Positions 1 through 11,823 of a DNA stretch of 64,000 nt are shown here, piece after piece (position 1 is the stretch's first letter; the number at the start of each line of letters is the position of its first letter). The DNA is from Prasinococcaceae sp. CCMP 1430 (taxonomy: Eukaryota > Plantae > Prasinodermophyta). The translations under genes were made by a program, and so were the position numbers. The notes under the pieces were generated by a model. It saw nothing but the letters and a program-made list of their open reading frames with translations. It did no database searches and was not told the DNA's origin. The stretch spans positions 78,512 through 142,511 of the forward strand of contig RQSC01000806.1 in the NCBI GenBank assembly GCA_013416795.1, written 5' to 3'.

Positions 1-560
1 AACCCGCGCGCGCGCGCGCGCGAAACGCGCCCGAGCGGCGCGTGTGCGCGTGGGGCGACTGCTGCAGTGAATGGGAGAATTGCGAGAACAAGTGGCTCGG
101 CGACACGCCCTCACCACCACCACCACCCGCCAACGCCCGCCCTCACCACGCACCACACGCGCACACGCACGTGCACACCCCGTCCAGTGCCCTCCACCTC
201 CCCGCCGCCGCTCGCCGCGCGCGGAATGCCTCTCCTCCCACCCCACACTCTCCGACCACACACGCACGCACACGCGCGCGCGCGCGCGCGCGCGGCCGCG
301 CGCGCACACACACACACGGTACACAGGCACACACACACGTGCACAGGCACACACACGCACGCACGCACACACACACGCACACACACGCAGTCACACACAC
401 AGTCCCCCCCCCCACACCCACCTTCCCTCCGCTGCGCCGTCCGCACTCGCGCGCGCCGGCCCAAAGTCCTCGTCGCGCCACACGTCGCGCGCGCACGCAG
501 CGCGCGAGAAAAAAGATAGAAAAAAGAAAAGAAAAAAAGAAAAAGAAAAAGAAAAAAGGT
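1..560. repeat. Low-complexity (CG)n, (CA)n and A/G-rich microsatellite tract
   Basis: Runs such as cgcgcgcgcg, cacacacaca and aaaagaaaaa are seen directly. Confidence 0.85.
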
Positions 561-662
561 CGTGTGGGTTCGGTGACGTTTGGGTTCATGTTTGGGGTTG
601 GATGTTTAATAGGGTTAAATGTGTAGGTCAATGGGCATGGGGCGCGCCGCGTCGGGAAACTG

Positions 663-2525
663 GTGGCCGCGGCGAGCCGGCGGGGCGCGCCACTGCGCGA
701 GCGCGGCGCGGCGCCGCTCGACGCGCGGCCGAGCTTCAACTCGTCGACGAACCCGAACTCGTCGGCGACGCCCGCGAGGGCCGCGAGGCCCTCCTCGGCG
801 CACGAGCCCGCGTCGGCCGCGCGCACGCGACCGGGCAGTGCCCTGTCGCGCCGCTCGTCGATTTACAGCCGCGGGCCGGTCGCGCGGGCGGACCCACGCC
901 CGACATCGGACAAGGCCTACACGCAGCAAGGCATCCGCACGCTCATCGCGTACCTGTCATCGCACGGCTATGATGCGCCCATCTCGCCGAAGCTGCTGGC
1001 CGCGCCAACCTCGAAGGACTTCATGCACATCGTGAGCTTCCTCTTTCGCCGGCTCGACCCCAACATCAAGTTCGTCGGCAAGATGGAGGACGAGGTGCCG
1101 CAGGTCTTCAAGCGGCTCCAGTACCCGTTCCAGATATCCAAGAGCGCACTGTACGCCGTCGGCTCCCCGCACACGTGGCCCGGCCTGCTGGCGGCGCTGG
1201 TGTGGCTCGTCGAGCTGCTAGTGTACGAGGAGCGCGCCGAGGAGGCCCGCGCGGCCGGCAGCAGCGGCGAGGACGCGACCGCCCCGGGCCCGCGCCAGTT
1301 CTTTGAGTACGTGAGCAAGGCCTACGGCGCGTTCCTCGCGGGCGACGATGACACATGCACGGCGCTGGAGGAGGAGCTGGGCGAGACGTTCCGCCAGCGC
1401 GACGCCGCGGCTGCTGACGAGATTGCGAGGCTGGAGAAGGCCAACGCGGCGCTCAAGGCCGAGATCGAGGCGGCCGACACCGAGCCTACCCCGCTGGCGC
1501 GCGCGCAGGAGAAGCGCGCCAACATGGAGGGCGACGTGGCCAAGTTTCAGAAGCTCATCTCGAATCTGCAGACCCACAAGGCGCAGCTCGCCAAAAAGTG
1601 CGGCGAGCGGATGGCCGAGGCCGAGGCCAAGGCTGCGGAGCTCAAGGAGGCGCTCGCGGTTGTGGACAACCTGCGCGCGCGAGTGGCCAATCAGGCTGTC
1701 AGCCAGGACGACGTCAAGCGCATGCAGCGCGACCGCGCGCGCATCAACGACGAGCTGCGCGGCGCGGTGGCGTCGCACGAGGATGCCGAGCGCCAGGCGG
1801 ACGCCAACGCGGCCGCCGTGGCCGCCAAGTCCGAGGAGCTTGAGGCCATCGCTAGCGAATACACGTCCAAGGGGGAGGCGTTGCAGGTGCTGCCGGCTGG
1901 TGCGAAGCGCGCCAATGGCGTCGACTTCACCTTGGTGATGAACCCCAACGGCGCCGACGTGTGCGCGACGGACCTCGAGGGCTCCGTGCGCCCTGCGCTG
2001 GCGGATGTGGTGGAGGAGTACGCCCAGCGCACGCGCGAGGACAGGCGCGAGCTCCTCGACCTGCAGGAGCAGCAGCACAAGACAACGGAGTCCCTCGCCG
2101 AGGCGCGTGAGGCGAACGCACAGGCGCGCTCCGAGCTCATGGCGCTCGAGGAGAGATACACGCTGGAGAAGGAACGCGCGGACGCCGACTTCGCGCAGCA
2201 GACCAGCGCTGCTGCCAGTGTCGAGGAGGAGCTACGCGAGGAGCAAACGCGCTCGGCGCGCGAGGCTGCAGAGGCGGAGGCGCGTCTGGCGTCGGCCATG
2301 GCCGAGCACGAGCGCGCGACCACGACGTGCGAGGAAGAGCGGGAGAAGCTAAACTCGCAGTTGCTCAATGCGCTGGACGCGCTCATGAGCCACAAGGCGT
2401 ACCTGCAGGACACGCTGCAGAAGGTCGTTGAGATGGCGGTCAGCACGGCCGACGAGGCCATCGCAGCCGGCGAGCCGGAGGCTGCCACGCCCGTGCTGTC
2501 CGGTGTCGCCTCTACGCCCCGGTAG
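663..2525 (+). CDS. NDC80: Kinetochore protein NDC80/HEC1 (5' end uncertain; no in-frame ATG between the stop at 624-626 and the conserved N-terminal region)
   Basis: DPRPTSDKAY...LAAPTSKDFMHIVSFLFRRLDPN...LQYPFQISKSALYAVGSPHTWPGLLAALVWL is the NDC80 CH-domain signature, followed by a long coiled coil. Confidence 0.92.
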   Translation: MAAASRRGAPLRERGAAPLDARPSFNSSTNPNSSATPARAARPSSAHEPASAARTRPGSALSRRSSIYSRGPVARADPRPTSDKAYTQQGIRTLIAYLSSHGYDAPISPKLLAAPTSKDFMHIVSFLFRRLDPNIKFVGKMEDEVPQVFKRLQYPFQISKSALYAVGSPHTWPGLLAALVWLVELLVYEERAEEARAAGSSGEDATAPGPRQFFEYVSKAYGAFLAGDDDTCTALEEELGETFRQRDAAAADEIARLEKANAALKAEIEAADTEPTPLARAQEKRANMEGDVAKFQKLISNLQTHKAQLAKKCGERMAEAEAKAAELKEALAVVDNLRARVANQAVSQDDVKRMQRDRARINDELRGAVASHEDAERQADANAAAVAAKSEELEAIASEYTSKGEALQVLPAGAKRANGVDFTLVMNPNGADVCATDLEGSVRPALADVVEEYAQRTREDRRELLDLQEQQHKTTESLAEAREANAQARSELMALEERYTLEKERADADFAQQTSAAASVEEELREEQTRSAREAAEAEARLASAMAEHERATTTCEEEREKLNSQLLNALDALMSHKAYLQDTLQKVVEMAVSTADEAIAAGEPEAATPVLSGVASTPR

Positions 2526-2838
2526 GGGCTGTGAAGCCGCGCTGCCTCCTGGGGTCGAGCGAAGACGCTGGCGGGGCACACCCACTGTACATACAGGGCG
2601 GCAAGGTAGAGAGAGGCAAGATGCGCGCCCGCACGCCCTAAAACATAAGCTCCACGCGTACGTACACGAGCAGGCCCTTGATTCGTCCACATGTCGCGCG
2701 AGTATTGTTGTTTTTATGGTACACGCGCCTACGCGTGGCGTGGCGCAAGCGCTATGTCAAAAGCAGCCAGCTAGGAGCACCGAACAGTCCGCAGGGGGGC
2801 GCCGGCGTGGCTGCCCACCAGATGGCGCCTTGCAGCAC

Positions 2839-4474
2839 TCAGCGGTGCTGATACCCGCCACCCGGCCCTGGCCTCGGCGGCGGCCCGCCTCGCTGTCCAG
2901 GTGGTTGGTTGCCATGCTGCTGAGCACTGTAAGGCGGGTGGGCCCCGCGGCCACCGCCATAGGGGGCGGGCGGGTATCCACCAGGACCTGCAGCGGGTGG
3001 ATGGCCGTACGGCGCGGGCGCCCCCCTCTGCGCGCCCGGCGCGGCCACCTGCGGAGCGTAACGCCCAGCTGCGGTTGACGGCGCGGCGCCGTAGCCGCCT
3101 GCCGCGGACTGAGGTGCATAGCCTGGACGATAGCCACCGGCAGCTGCAGCAGCAGGCGGGACCCCGTAGCTCCCAGCGACAGCCGACTGCGGCTGTGAAT
3201 GGGGCGCGGCCGACGCGGCCGCCGCCGTCGCTGTTGGGGCCGGCATGTAGTTGGCCGCGCGTGCGCGCTTCGCCGCCGCCCCCGGGTTCGCGGCGTTGCG
3301 CTTCGCCTCCTCCTTGCGCTTCTTGGCTTGGTACTCGTGCGATGATTGCTCGTACCGGGGCAGGTCCTCGGGCTTTGCCATCTTGTCACCGGTCCAGAAG
3401 TAGTCGTCATCGATCGCCTCTTTAGCTGAGATGCGTTTGGAGGGGTCGAGCTCGAGCATCTTGCTAATGAGGGTGAGCGCCTTGGGAGGAAACTTCTGGA
3501 ATACCTCGTTGAGCCTCCCAGGCTGTGCCTCCTGATCCTGGAAGAGCTTCCAGTTCTTGAGCTTCGTCACGCCCGGCCAGTTGCTCTCGTTGGGCGTGCC
3601 GCACAGACGGAAGATCAGCTGGAGCTGCTCCACATCTTTCTTTCCCGGAAGGATGGGCTTGCCGTGGATCAGCTCAGCGAAGATGCAACCCACCGACCAC
3701 ATGTCCACGCCCGGCCCGTACTTGTCTGCACCGAGCAGCAGCTCCGGAGGCCGGTACCAGAGCGTGATCACCTTGTTGGTGAGCACGTGCGACTCCGTGT
3801 AAGGACGTGCCAAGCCGAAGTCCGCAATTTTGAGGTTGTTGTCCTTGTCGATCAGCAGATTCGAGCCCTTGATGTCGCGGTGCAGGATGTTGCTCGCGTG
3901 GCACGCATTCACGCCCCTGAGGAGCTGCATCATGTAGCACTTGATCGCGTCCTGCCCGAACTTGATGCCAGGCGTGTCCGCGAGGCCCGTCAGGTCGTGG
4001 TCCAGGTACTCCATGACCATGTAAATGGAGCCTTTCATGGCGTTCTCTGCACTTGGTGCGCTCACCACGATCTCCTTGAGCTTCACGATGTACGGGCTGT
4101 TGAGCGCCTTGAGGATCTTTATCTCCCGGATGGCCGTGATGGGTACGCCTTCCTTCTCCTTGTCCATGCGCACCTTCTTCAGCGCCTGTGTGTGCGCGCG
4201 GCAGATGTTGGAGGGAACGACCCGAGGTGCAAGCGATCAAGAAACAGGGGCACCGGTCACATGCATGTGCGGGGCGGTGTCAGTGACCGAGGAGCCTCTG
4301 GCGCTCTCTTGGCGGTGGCCGCGGCTGACGCGTAGCGCGGAGGCGCATTCAACCCCACTCCGTCGGCAAGGACCGCAGCTCACGTACCACTATCTCCCCT
4401 GTCTCCTTGTCCCTCGCCATGTACACCATGCCGTACGTGCCCTCGCCGACCTGTTCAATACGCTCGAAGTTGTT
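2839..4474 (-). CDS. CDKC: Cyclin-dependent kinase C (CDK9-like); exons 4474-4388 and 4185-2839, further 5' exon(s) unresolved
   Basis: GEGTYG loop in the upstream exon, PITAIRE motif, HRDIKGSN, DFG, VITLWYRPPE, Pro/Gly-rich tail; GT-AG intron 4387-4186. Confidence 0.93.
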
Positions 4475-5151
4475 CTGCGTAGAACGCGCGCGCGCGGGCA
4501 GGCGAGCGCCAGCGTTAGGGCGGTGCGTGGCGGGCAGCGAAAGACCCCAACGCACCGTCGCGGGAGGCGACCGCGAGCGCAGCCGTATCGGCGCGCGCAC
4601 GCGTGGGTCGGGCGTGCTGCTCACGCCGGATCACATCCCCCCCTCCCCCCCTCCACCACACGCACACACACACACACACACATGCAATCGCGCGCCCGCG
4701 GCGGCGCATGGCGACGCACCACGCTGCGCGTCACCCATGGCGGCCTGCGCGTGATCGCGCCGCCGCTCACCAGCTCGATGCCCTCCTCCTGCAGCTTGGC
4801 GGCAGGGGAGGCGGGACCCACCCTGCGCGCGCGTTGTGGCGCGCCGTCCCACCCATGTCGGGCCACCCCCCAAAAAAGGTGGCTGCGGAGTGTGCGTTCT
4901 TGTCGCTGCGCGCACGCACTCTACTGCACCAGCAGCCTCGCTGGTGGCACTCCTCACTGGCCTCACCCCCCGTGCGCCGCCGCTGCCGTCCCTTCCCTTT
5001 CCCTCGTCTCCCCGCGCCCTGTGCAGTGCTAGCGCGCCGGAGGGGGGGGAGGGGGGGAGGAAGGCGGGGGTCGCCGTGCTGCATCGCGCGCGCCGGCCGT
5101 CGATGGTGGCCTCCCTCACGTGCCTGTGACGCCGCGCTCGGCGCCTGTGGC

Positions 5152-7308
5152 GATGGCGAGCGGCGTGCCCTTGGTTGAGCTGTTGTCCAGCTCGAGCGAC
5201 GACGAAGAGGGGGTTCTATGCGGCGGCGAGGCAGCGCGCGGCAAGGATGCTGCGCGCGGCGATGCGGCCGGCGAGGTTGCAGAGCTGTCCGCGCAGCTCG
5301 CGTCCGCGGAGGCGGCTGCGGCCGCGGCGCATGCGCGCGCGCGCGCGCGGGCCGACCATACCCCAACCTCACCAGTGGGACTTGGTTGGGGTGCACGGTG
5401 TTCAGGGTTTGAGCCTTTGGNGCGCGCGCGCGCGCGGCGCAGCGCGACGCGCAGGCGGCCGAGGCTAGCGCAGCGGAGCTCCGCACGGCGCTAGCGCGCG
5501 CCGAGGCCGCAGCAGCGCAGGAGGCGCCAGACTACGCGGAGGGTGACTTCACATGGTCAGCATCGGCGCAGCGGGCTCTCAGCAGCGTCTTCGGGCTGCG
5601 CCAGTTCCGCGGCTGGCAGCGGGCAGCCGTGAACGCCACGCTGGCGGGCCGTGACGTCTTTCTGGTCGCGCCGTCGGGCGGCGGCAAGAGCCTGTGCTAC
5701 CAGTTGCCGGCGCTTGTTGACGACGCCGCAGCGCGCCAGGCGGTCACGTTGGTCGTCTGCCCGCTCGTGTCGCTCATGCAAGACCAGGTGTCACAGCTGG
5801 CGGCACGAGGCATGCGCGCCTTTGCGCTCAGTGCGGCCACGCCTCGCGAGGAGCAGACGATCTGCTACCGGGCGATGGCAGGCGAGAGCGACAAAGCCTC
5901 GGCCGAGCAGCGCGACACGCGGCCAATGCTCGTGTACGTCACGCCTGAGAGGCTTGAGAAGAGCAAGCGGGTCATCGGCGCGCTGCAAAAGGCGCACTCT
6001 CAGGGGCGGCTTGCGCGGATCGCAGTGGACGAGGCGCACTGCCTCTCGGCCTGGGGACACGACTACCGGCCAGACTATCTCAAGCTCAGCAAGCTTCGCG
6101 AGCTGTACCCGAACACGCCCATCCTAGCGGCCACCGCGACGGCCACGCCGCGTGTTGTCAAAGACTCGGTCAACCGCCTCCGCATGCACGGCGCCCTGGT
6201 GTTCAGGCACAGCATCGACCGCCGCGAGATCGCATATGCAGTCGTGCGAAAGCAAGCCGACGCAGACGAGTTTGCTTCGGGTCTGTCGGCCTTTATCAAG
6301 ACGCAGGCAAGTGCGGGCATCGTGTACGCTTGCTCACAGGCGGAGACGGAGGGCCTGGCTGGCAAGCTACAATCGCGCGGCGTTGTGGCCGAAGCCTACC
6401 ACGGTGGCATGTCTGAGCACGAGAGGAACGCGGCTTACATGCGCTGGGTGACGCACAAGACGCAATGCGTGGTGGCGACGGTCGCGTTCGGGCTCGGCAT
6501 CAACAAAGCAGATGTGCGCTGGGTCGTACATGCTACACTTTCGAAGGCGCTCCTTGCCTACTACCAGGAGTCTGGCAGAGCGGGCAGGGACGGCAAGCCA
6601 GCGCGCGCCATCCTGTGCTACAGGCCGAGCGACGTCGCGCGGTGGTCTCCACTGGTGATGAGCTCGGGACAGATAGACGAAGAATGTGCCTCGGCCCTCG
6701 AGAACCTCTATTCCTGCGCGCGCTACGCGCGCGGGGGCTGTCGCCGCGCTGCGCTGCTTCGTCACTTCAACGAGGCCGATGCCATCGGGCGGCTTTGCGG
6801 CGGCGAAAACTGCTGCGACGTATGCGACAAGGGCACGCACAAGTGCGCCGCCGCTCCAGCGTGCGACTCGTCGCTCGTGGCGGACGCGCTGGCGGTGATC
6901 GCAGAGGCCGCGCAAGGGGAGAAGGCGAGGCCTCTGACCATCAATATGGCTGCCGACCGCCTTGGCAGGAAGGCGACTGGCAAACAGCTGAGCAAGCCGG
7001 CGCGCGAGTGCCTCTTCGTCGATCTTCTGCTCGCGGGCGCCCTTCGCGAGACGTTCTCCGCGACCAGCTTCTCCATCAATGCGTACCTGGGCCTGTCGCG
7101 AGCAGGGGGCGCGGCCGTGCGTGAACACGCCGAGCTCGCAGCTCTCGCGAGGCGCGTGCCGTGCCCTTCAAGTTTCGTAGCCAGTCCTACTCTCACCGAC
7201 TTGGCTGCTGTTACCAGCAAGCCAGGCGGGAGCAACGGCGCACAGCCTGCGTGCAAGAAGCAGCGCACGCTTGGCGGCACTGTCGAGGCGGTGCCACCCC
7301 CGAGATAA
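5152..7308 (+). CDS. RecQ family DNA helicase (RECQL1/RecQ2-like); N-terminus interrupted by a 1-N gap at 5421
   Basis: LSSVFGLRQFRGWQ, APSGGGKSLCYQLPA, AVDEAHCLSAWGHDYRPDY, YYQESGRAGRDG and an RQC Zn motif CRR...CCDVC. Confidence 0.93.
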
Positions 7309-8043
7309 TATTTTAATACGCTCGAGAGCTAGAGTGGTGCTTGCGTGATGGCTGCACGTGCGCTCGCTCGCTCGCGTGCGCGCCAGGGCGTGGCGCCCCG
7401 GGTGTCGCGGCGCAGGTGCCGTGCCTGTGTGCGCTCGCGCGTCGAGCGCCCGCGCGCGAACCGGCACCCGCCCCTTCAGAAAAAAACACAAAATCAAAAA
7501 GTCATAAATAAATAATAATTAAAAAATCTGCGCTCGCGTGCGAATTTCCGCCGCGCGCGCGCGAAACCGCCAATCGGCCGCGCGCGCGCCCGGGTGCGCC
7601 CGAGGCGGGCCTCGCCCGCGCGATCATGGACATTAGCGAGCGCGGCCACACGCGCCTCCCACCCTCGAGACCCGACCCCTCAGTGCCTCTTGCGCGGCCG
7701 CACAGCGCGCCCTGTGCAGCGTGTGGCAGCTGCGCCCGCGCGCGCGTGCGGCACCGTGTGGCGCACCGAAGGAGCAGCAGCCGGGGCGTTCGAAATTTCG
7801 AACCTGATTTTCGGAGATGTGAACCCTGATCTCCGGATGGGATAAATCCCTAATTCTGCGTTATCGAGGGCTTTGGGTCAAGCGGGCTGCGAGCTCCGCG
7901 GCTGAAAGAGGCCACGCAGGCCGAAGGGGACTGACCGCCGAGCCCTCCTCCCCCGCCGAGCCCTCCTCCGAGCCCGCCTCCGCCGAGCCCTCCGCCTCGC
8001 CCCGGCCTCGCCCGCCCGCCCGCGCCCGCCTCGCGCGCCCTTG

Positions 8044-8328
8044 ATGCCCCAGAAGCCGCTCAAGTCGGTGAAGAAGAAGGGCGCGGGGGCGGCCAAGAAG
8101 CCGTCGGCGGCGGCCGCGCGCAAGGCGCACAAGCAGTCGAAGAAGACGGCGCGGGGCGGCCCGCGCGACAAGGTCCAGAAGAAGTTCGGCGCCAACCCCG
8201 CGGGCAAGCACCACGCCTCGGTGTCGCGCCAGGTGACCAAGACCATCAACAAGCGCAACGAAGAGTCGGCGCTGAACCGCGCGGCGGCCGAGGGTGGCCT
8301 TACGCTGCTCAAGCCTTCGGGCAAGTAG
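8044..8328 (+). CDS. Small Lys-rich protein, DUF2462/UPF0390 (C19orf53-like)
   Basis: 94 aa, strongly coding-like codon usage, MPQK start, basic body, C-terminal VTKTINKRNE...AAAEGGLTLLK resembling this family (recalled). Confidence 0.7.
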   Translation: MPQKPLKSVKKKGAGAAKKPSAAAARKAHKQSKKTARGGPRDKVQKKFGANPAGKHHASVSRQVTKTINKRNEESALNRAAAEGGLTLLKPSGK

Positions 8329-8402
8329 CCCGGGCAGGGGCACGCGGGCCGTGTGGGAACTCTAGGTCGGAGAGGGCGCCCGAGCGCGCGGTGGCGCCCG
8401 CC

Positions 8403-9824
8403 ATGGATCCGTCAATGATGACCCCGGAGATGATGGAGATGGCGCAGAAGATGATGTCGAACATGACACCCGAGCAGATGGCGAACATGCAGAAGATGGC
8501 CAAGGGCATGGGCATGCCGGGCATGCCCGCCGGCGCTCCCGACCTGACGCCCGAGCAAATGAAGGAGCAAATGGAACAAGTGAAGAACATGGACAGCGCG
8601 ACCATGCAGGCGCAGATGCGTCAACAGGCGGAGATGATGTCTCAGCAGCAGCAGTACAAGTACAACGCCGCCAAGATGCAGAAAGAGGAGGGCAACAAGT
8701 TCGTCAAGGGGGGCCAGTACAAGGATGCGATCGAGAAGTACACTCTTGCGCGGACCAACCTCGAGGGCAACTCGAGCAAGGACGCGGTAGACGTGCGGCA
8801 GGCGTGCACGCTCAACCTCGCGCTGGCGCACCTGAAACTGAGCCAGTGGGACGACGCGATTGGCGCCGCGAGTGACGCCATCGGCGTGCAGAAGGACTGC
8901 CGCAAGGGCTTCTATCGCCGCGGACTTGGGCACAAGGGCAAGGGCGACCTGCAGAAGGCGGCGGCGGACCTGCGCAAGGCACTTGAGCTGGACGAGTCCG
9001 ACTCGGCTGTGCGAGCGTCACTCGAGGAAGTGCGTGCGTCGCTCGAGGACAGTGGTGAGAAGGAGGACACCAGCGTGGCGGCTGAGATACCCGAGGCGCC
9101 CGCCGCGTCTTCCCCTGACATGATGAAGCAGATGAGCGAGATGATGGAAAAGGACCCCGACGTGATGAAGCGCGCGGCGGAGCAAATGGCCAACATGTCG
9201 CCCGAGCAGATGGAGGCCATGGCTGCATCGGCGCCGACGATGCCGGGCATGCCGAAGATCACGCCCGAGATGGCCAAGATGGCGGCGGAGACTATGAAGG
9301 ACATGAAACCCGAGGACATGAAGCGCATGAGCGAGATGGCAGCTTCGATGAAGGGTGCGGGCGGGATGGACGGCAGCGGCATGCCTGACATGGCGGCCAT
9401 GCAGAAACAGATGGCGGACCCGAAGGTGCGCGAAGCGATGTCTTCGATGATGAAGAACATCAAGCCCGAGCAGATGACGGAGATGGCCAAGTCGATGGGC
9501 ATGGACATAAGCGAGGAGCAGGCCAAGCAGGTGTCGAGCATGATGGAGAACATGGACGAGAAGACGATGGAGCGCCTCATGCAGTTGTCGCGCTACGCCA
9601 CCGGCGCGGTCGCCAAGTTTCAGCAGGCCAAGGCCTTCCTGGCGACGCCGACTGGTCGCAAGCTGTTCATGGCGCTGAATGTGGCCGGCCTGGCGCTGCT
9701 CGTGCGCTGGCTCTACCGCTGGCTCTATCCGGAGCAGGTGCTTCCCGAGGAGGATGTTGTCGAGGAGTTCGGTTTCGATGTCGGGGAGGCCGACGAGGCC
9801 GAGTACATCGCGCGCGTGGAGTAA
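8403..9824 (+). CDS. OEP61: OEP61/TPR7-like chaperone receptor: TPR clamp, Met-rich STI1-like repeats, C-terminal membrane anchor
   Basis: MTPEMMEMAQKMMSNMTPEQ N-terminus, KEEGNKF...CTLNLALAHLK...KGFYRRG TPR, hydrophobic tail. Confidence 0.8.
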   Translation: MDPSMMTPEMMEMAQKMMSNMTPEQMANMQKMAKGMGMPGMPAGAPDLTPEQMKEQMEQVKNMDSATMQAQMRQQAEMMSQQQQYKYNAAKMQKEEGNKFVKGGQYKDAIEKYTLARTNLEGNSSKDAVDVRQACTLNLALAHLKLSQWDDAIGAASDAIGVQKDCRKGFYRRGLGHKGKGDLQKAAADLRKALELDESDSAVRASLEEVRASLEDSGEKEDTSVAAEIPEAPAASSPDMMKQMSEMMEKDPDVMKRAAEQMANMSPEQMEAMAASAPTMPGMPKITPEMAKMAAETMKDMKPEDMKRMSEMAASMKGAGGMDGSGMPDMAAMQKQMADPKVREAMSSMMKNIKPEQMTEMAKSMGMDISEEQAKQVSSMMENMDEKTMERLMQLSRYATGAVAKFQQAKAFLATPTGRKLFMALNVAGLALLVRWLYRWLYPEQVLPEEDVVEEFGFDVGEADEAEYIARVE

Positions 9825-9906
9825 AGTTGCACGCTGTGCGAGGAGCGGATTATTTAAATGAATCTGTTGGCCGGGGTCGCTTGCACGCTCGCGCGATTCC
9901 GCGCAC

Positions 9907-11580
9907 TCAGCCAATGAACCCGAAGTACTGCGCGCGCGCGCGTGCGCGCGCGGGCAAGGCGGGCGGGCAGGCCGCGTGGCGACGGGTGGAGGGGCGTGGG
10001 GTCAGTGTCCGATGGAGCGTGGGGCAGGGCGCGTGCACGCGCGCGAGCGGGTGCGCCCACCTCAGGATCCTCCTTAGCGAGCCCAGTCACGGCGCTGTCG
10101 AACCCCGACGTGAGCTCTTCGCCATTCTCCAGCTCGAGTGCATTGAGCTCTGCTAGGATGCCCTCTTTGGTCGGGATGCGCCGCGGCAGGAGCGCACGCT
10201 TGGCCTCCTCCAGGGTGGCGTACTGCGGCAATGGGCGCAACCCCAGCACCTCGGGCAGGCGGTCCTCTTTAGCGCCGACGCGCGTCCGTCCTGCATGCCT
10301 CTCGAAGAAGGCGACCACAAAGTCGACGCTGTCGCCCTCCGGATGGTAGCACTCCCAGTGGTCGCCACCAGGCACGGTTTCGAGCACGTGCATCGTGTCC
10401 GCTGCGGCGACTACGCCGCCATCATCGGCACCCGCCCCGAGCGCCGCGTGCAGCGCCCGCGCGGCGGGCCCCGTCACGCGGTGCGAGTGCTCTCCGCGGA
10501 GGACGAGTGCGGGCACGCGTAGCTCGCGCGCCCGCCTATGAGCGTCCGCGCTCGCCCCCGCGCAGCGCCACCGCGGATCGATGCGGAAGCGCACGCCACC
10601 GTCCGAGGCTGTATCACAGGCCGCCGCGCAGAAAGCTACCGCGTCGAGCTCGGAGCGCGGGCCGTGGCCCCATTGGGAGTGCGCTGCCAGGAACCTGACA
10701 GGATCAGCCAGCCTGTCGAAGGCGACTCCCTGCCCAGGGAAGTAGAGTGGGTGGTCCGCAGGCCAGTTGAGGCTGAGCTCCGAGAGAACAACGGAAGCGA
10801 CGAGCTGCGGTGCGCGCGCGGCGAGGGAGAGGGCGGCGGCGGCGCCCAAGTCGTGCCCCCACACGTAGAGTGGCCGCGAGTACAGGTCGAGCTCGACGAT
10901 GAGGGCCATCACGTCGTCCGCGAGGGCATCGATCGAGTACTCTCCTCCTGCCGAGCGTGCCGACCGGCCGTGGCCACGCAGATCCACCGCCACACAGCGC
11001 GTGTCGCGCATGTCACTCACGATGGCTTGAGCGGCGTGGCACCATGCGTCTGCCGCCGAGCCGAGGCCGTGCAGCAGCAGCACAGTGTCGCGCCGCGATC
11101 CGCCCCAAGTTAATGCGCGCAGCCTCAAGCCCGTGGATATGTCCACGAAAGAAGTGCGGGCGCCGAGCGGCGGCCTGTCGGCGTCTCCGCCGAGGAGCCC
11201 GTCGTCAGCGCCGCCGTGGCTGTAGCGCTGCAGCACGTTCAGATGCGGCGCCGGCGCGAGCGCGTCCATGACGCGCGCGGCGACGCGTCGCGAGACGGCC
11301 TCGGCCTCGGCGCCGTCATCGGGCAGCGCCTCGTGCCAACGCAGCTCAGTGAGCGTGCCGTGGTTGCGCCGGCGCGGGGCCGCGCGGAGGCGCGCTGGCC
11401 CGCCGCCGTCTCCCGCACGACCGTTCCCGCTGCGCCGGCGAGGCGCGCGTCGCCGCGCCAGGCCCGCGCGGTGTGCCGCTTCGACTTCGCCCGCCCGCTC
11501 GCGCGCGTGCCCGTTGGGGGAACCGAGCGGCCTGACCCGGTCTGCTCGCATCTGAACCGGGTGTGCACACCCCCAAAGAC
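9907..11580 (-). CDS. Alpha/beta hydrolase with GHDLG (Asp) nucleophile elbow; last intron 10060-9928, terminal exon YFGFIG*; 5' end uncertain
   Basis: VLLLHGLGS, VAVDLRGHGRS, WGHDLGA, VPALVLRGEHS and GGDH motifs. Confidence 0.8.
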
Positions 11581-11823
11581 CCGCAGGACTGTGCGGAGAC
11601 CGAGGTGATACCGTGGTCAACAGAAGGTCAGACCGTGTCGCCCTGCATTCAAGTCCGCAGCGTTTGGATAGAGAGCGGCCGCCGACGCGGTGGGGGTGGG
11701 GTGGGGTCGGCGCCACACGGCGTGCGGGACGCGGCGCCGGGCGGGAGGGCGAGGCAGGGCCGGAGCTAGCGCGCGAGTGTGCGACGCGCGGGGTGGGTGG
11801 GAGTGGGCGGACGCGCGCGCGAG

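Noticed and set aside
624-663. NDC80 lacking an ATG, suggesting non-AUG initiation
   Set aside because: The upstream DNA is low-complexity; a missing 5' exon or an indel error is simpler.
5353-5421. Hairpin-containing insert (ACCCCAACC...GGTTGGGGT) in the RecQ N-terminus
   Set aside because: It sits between two (CG)n runs at a single-N contig join, so it is most likely gap-fill junk rather than an RNA element.
7935-8000. Short CCGAGCCCTCC tandem repeats upstream of the DUF2462-like ORF
   Set aside because: Ordinary GC-rich minisatellite with no supporting function.
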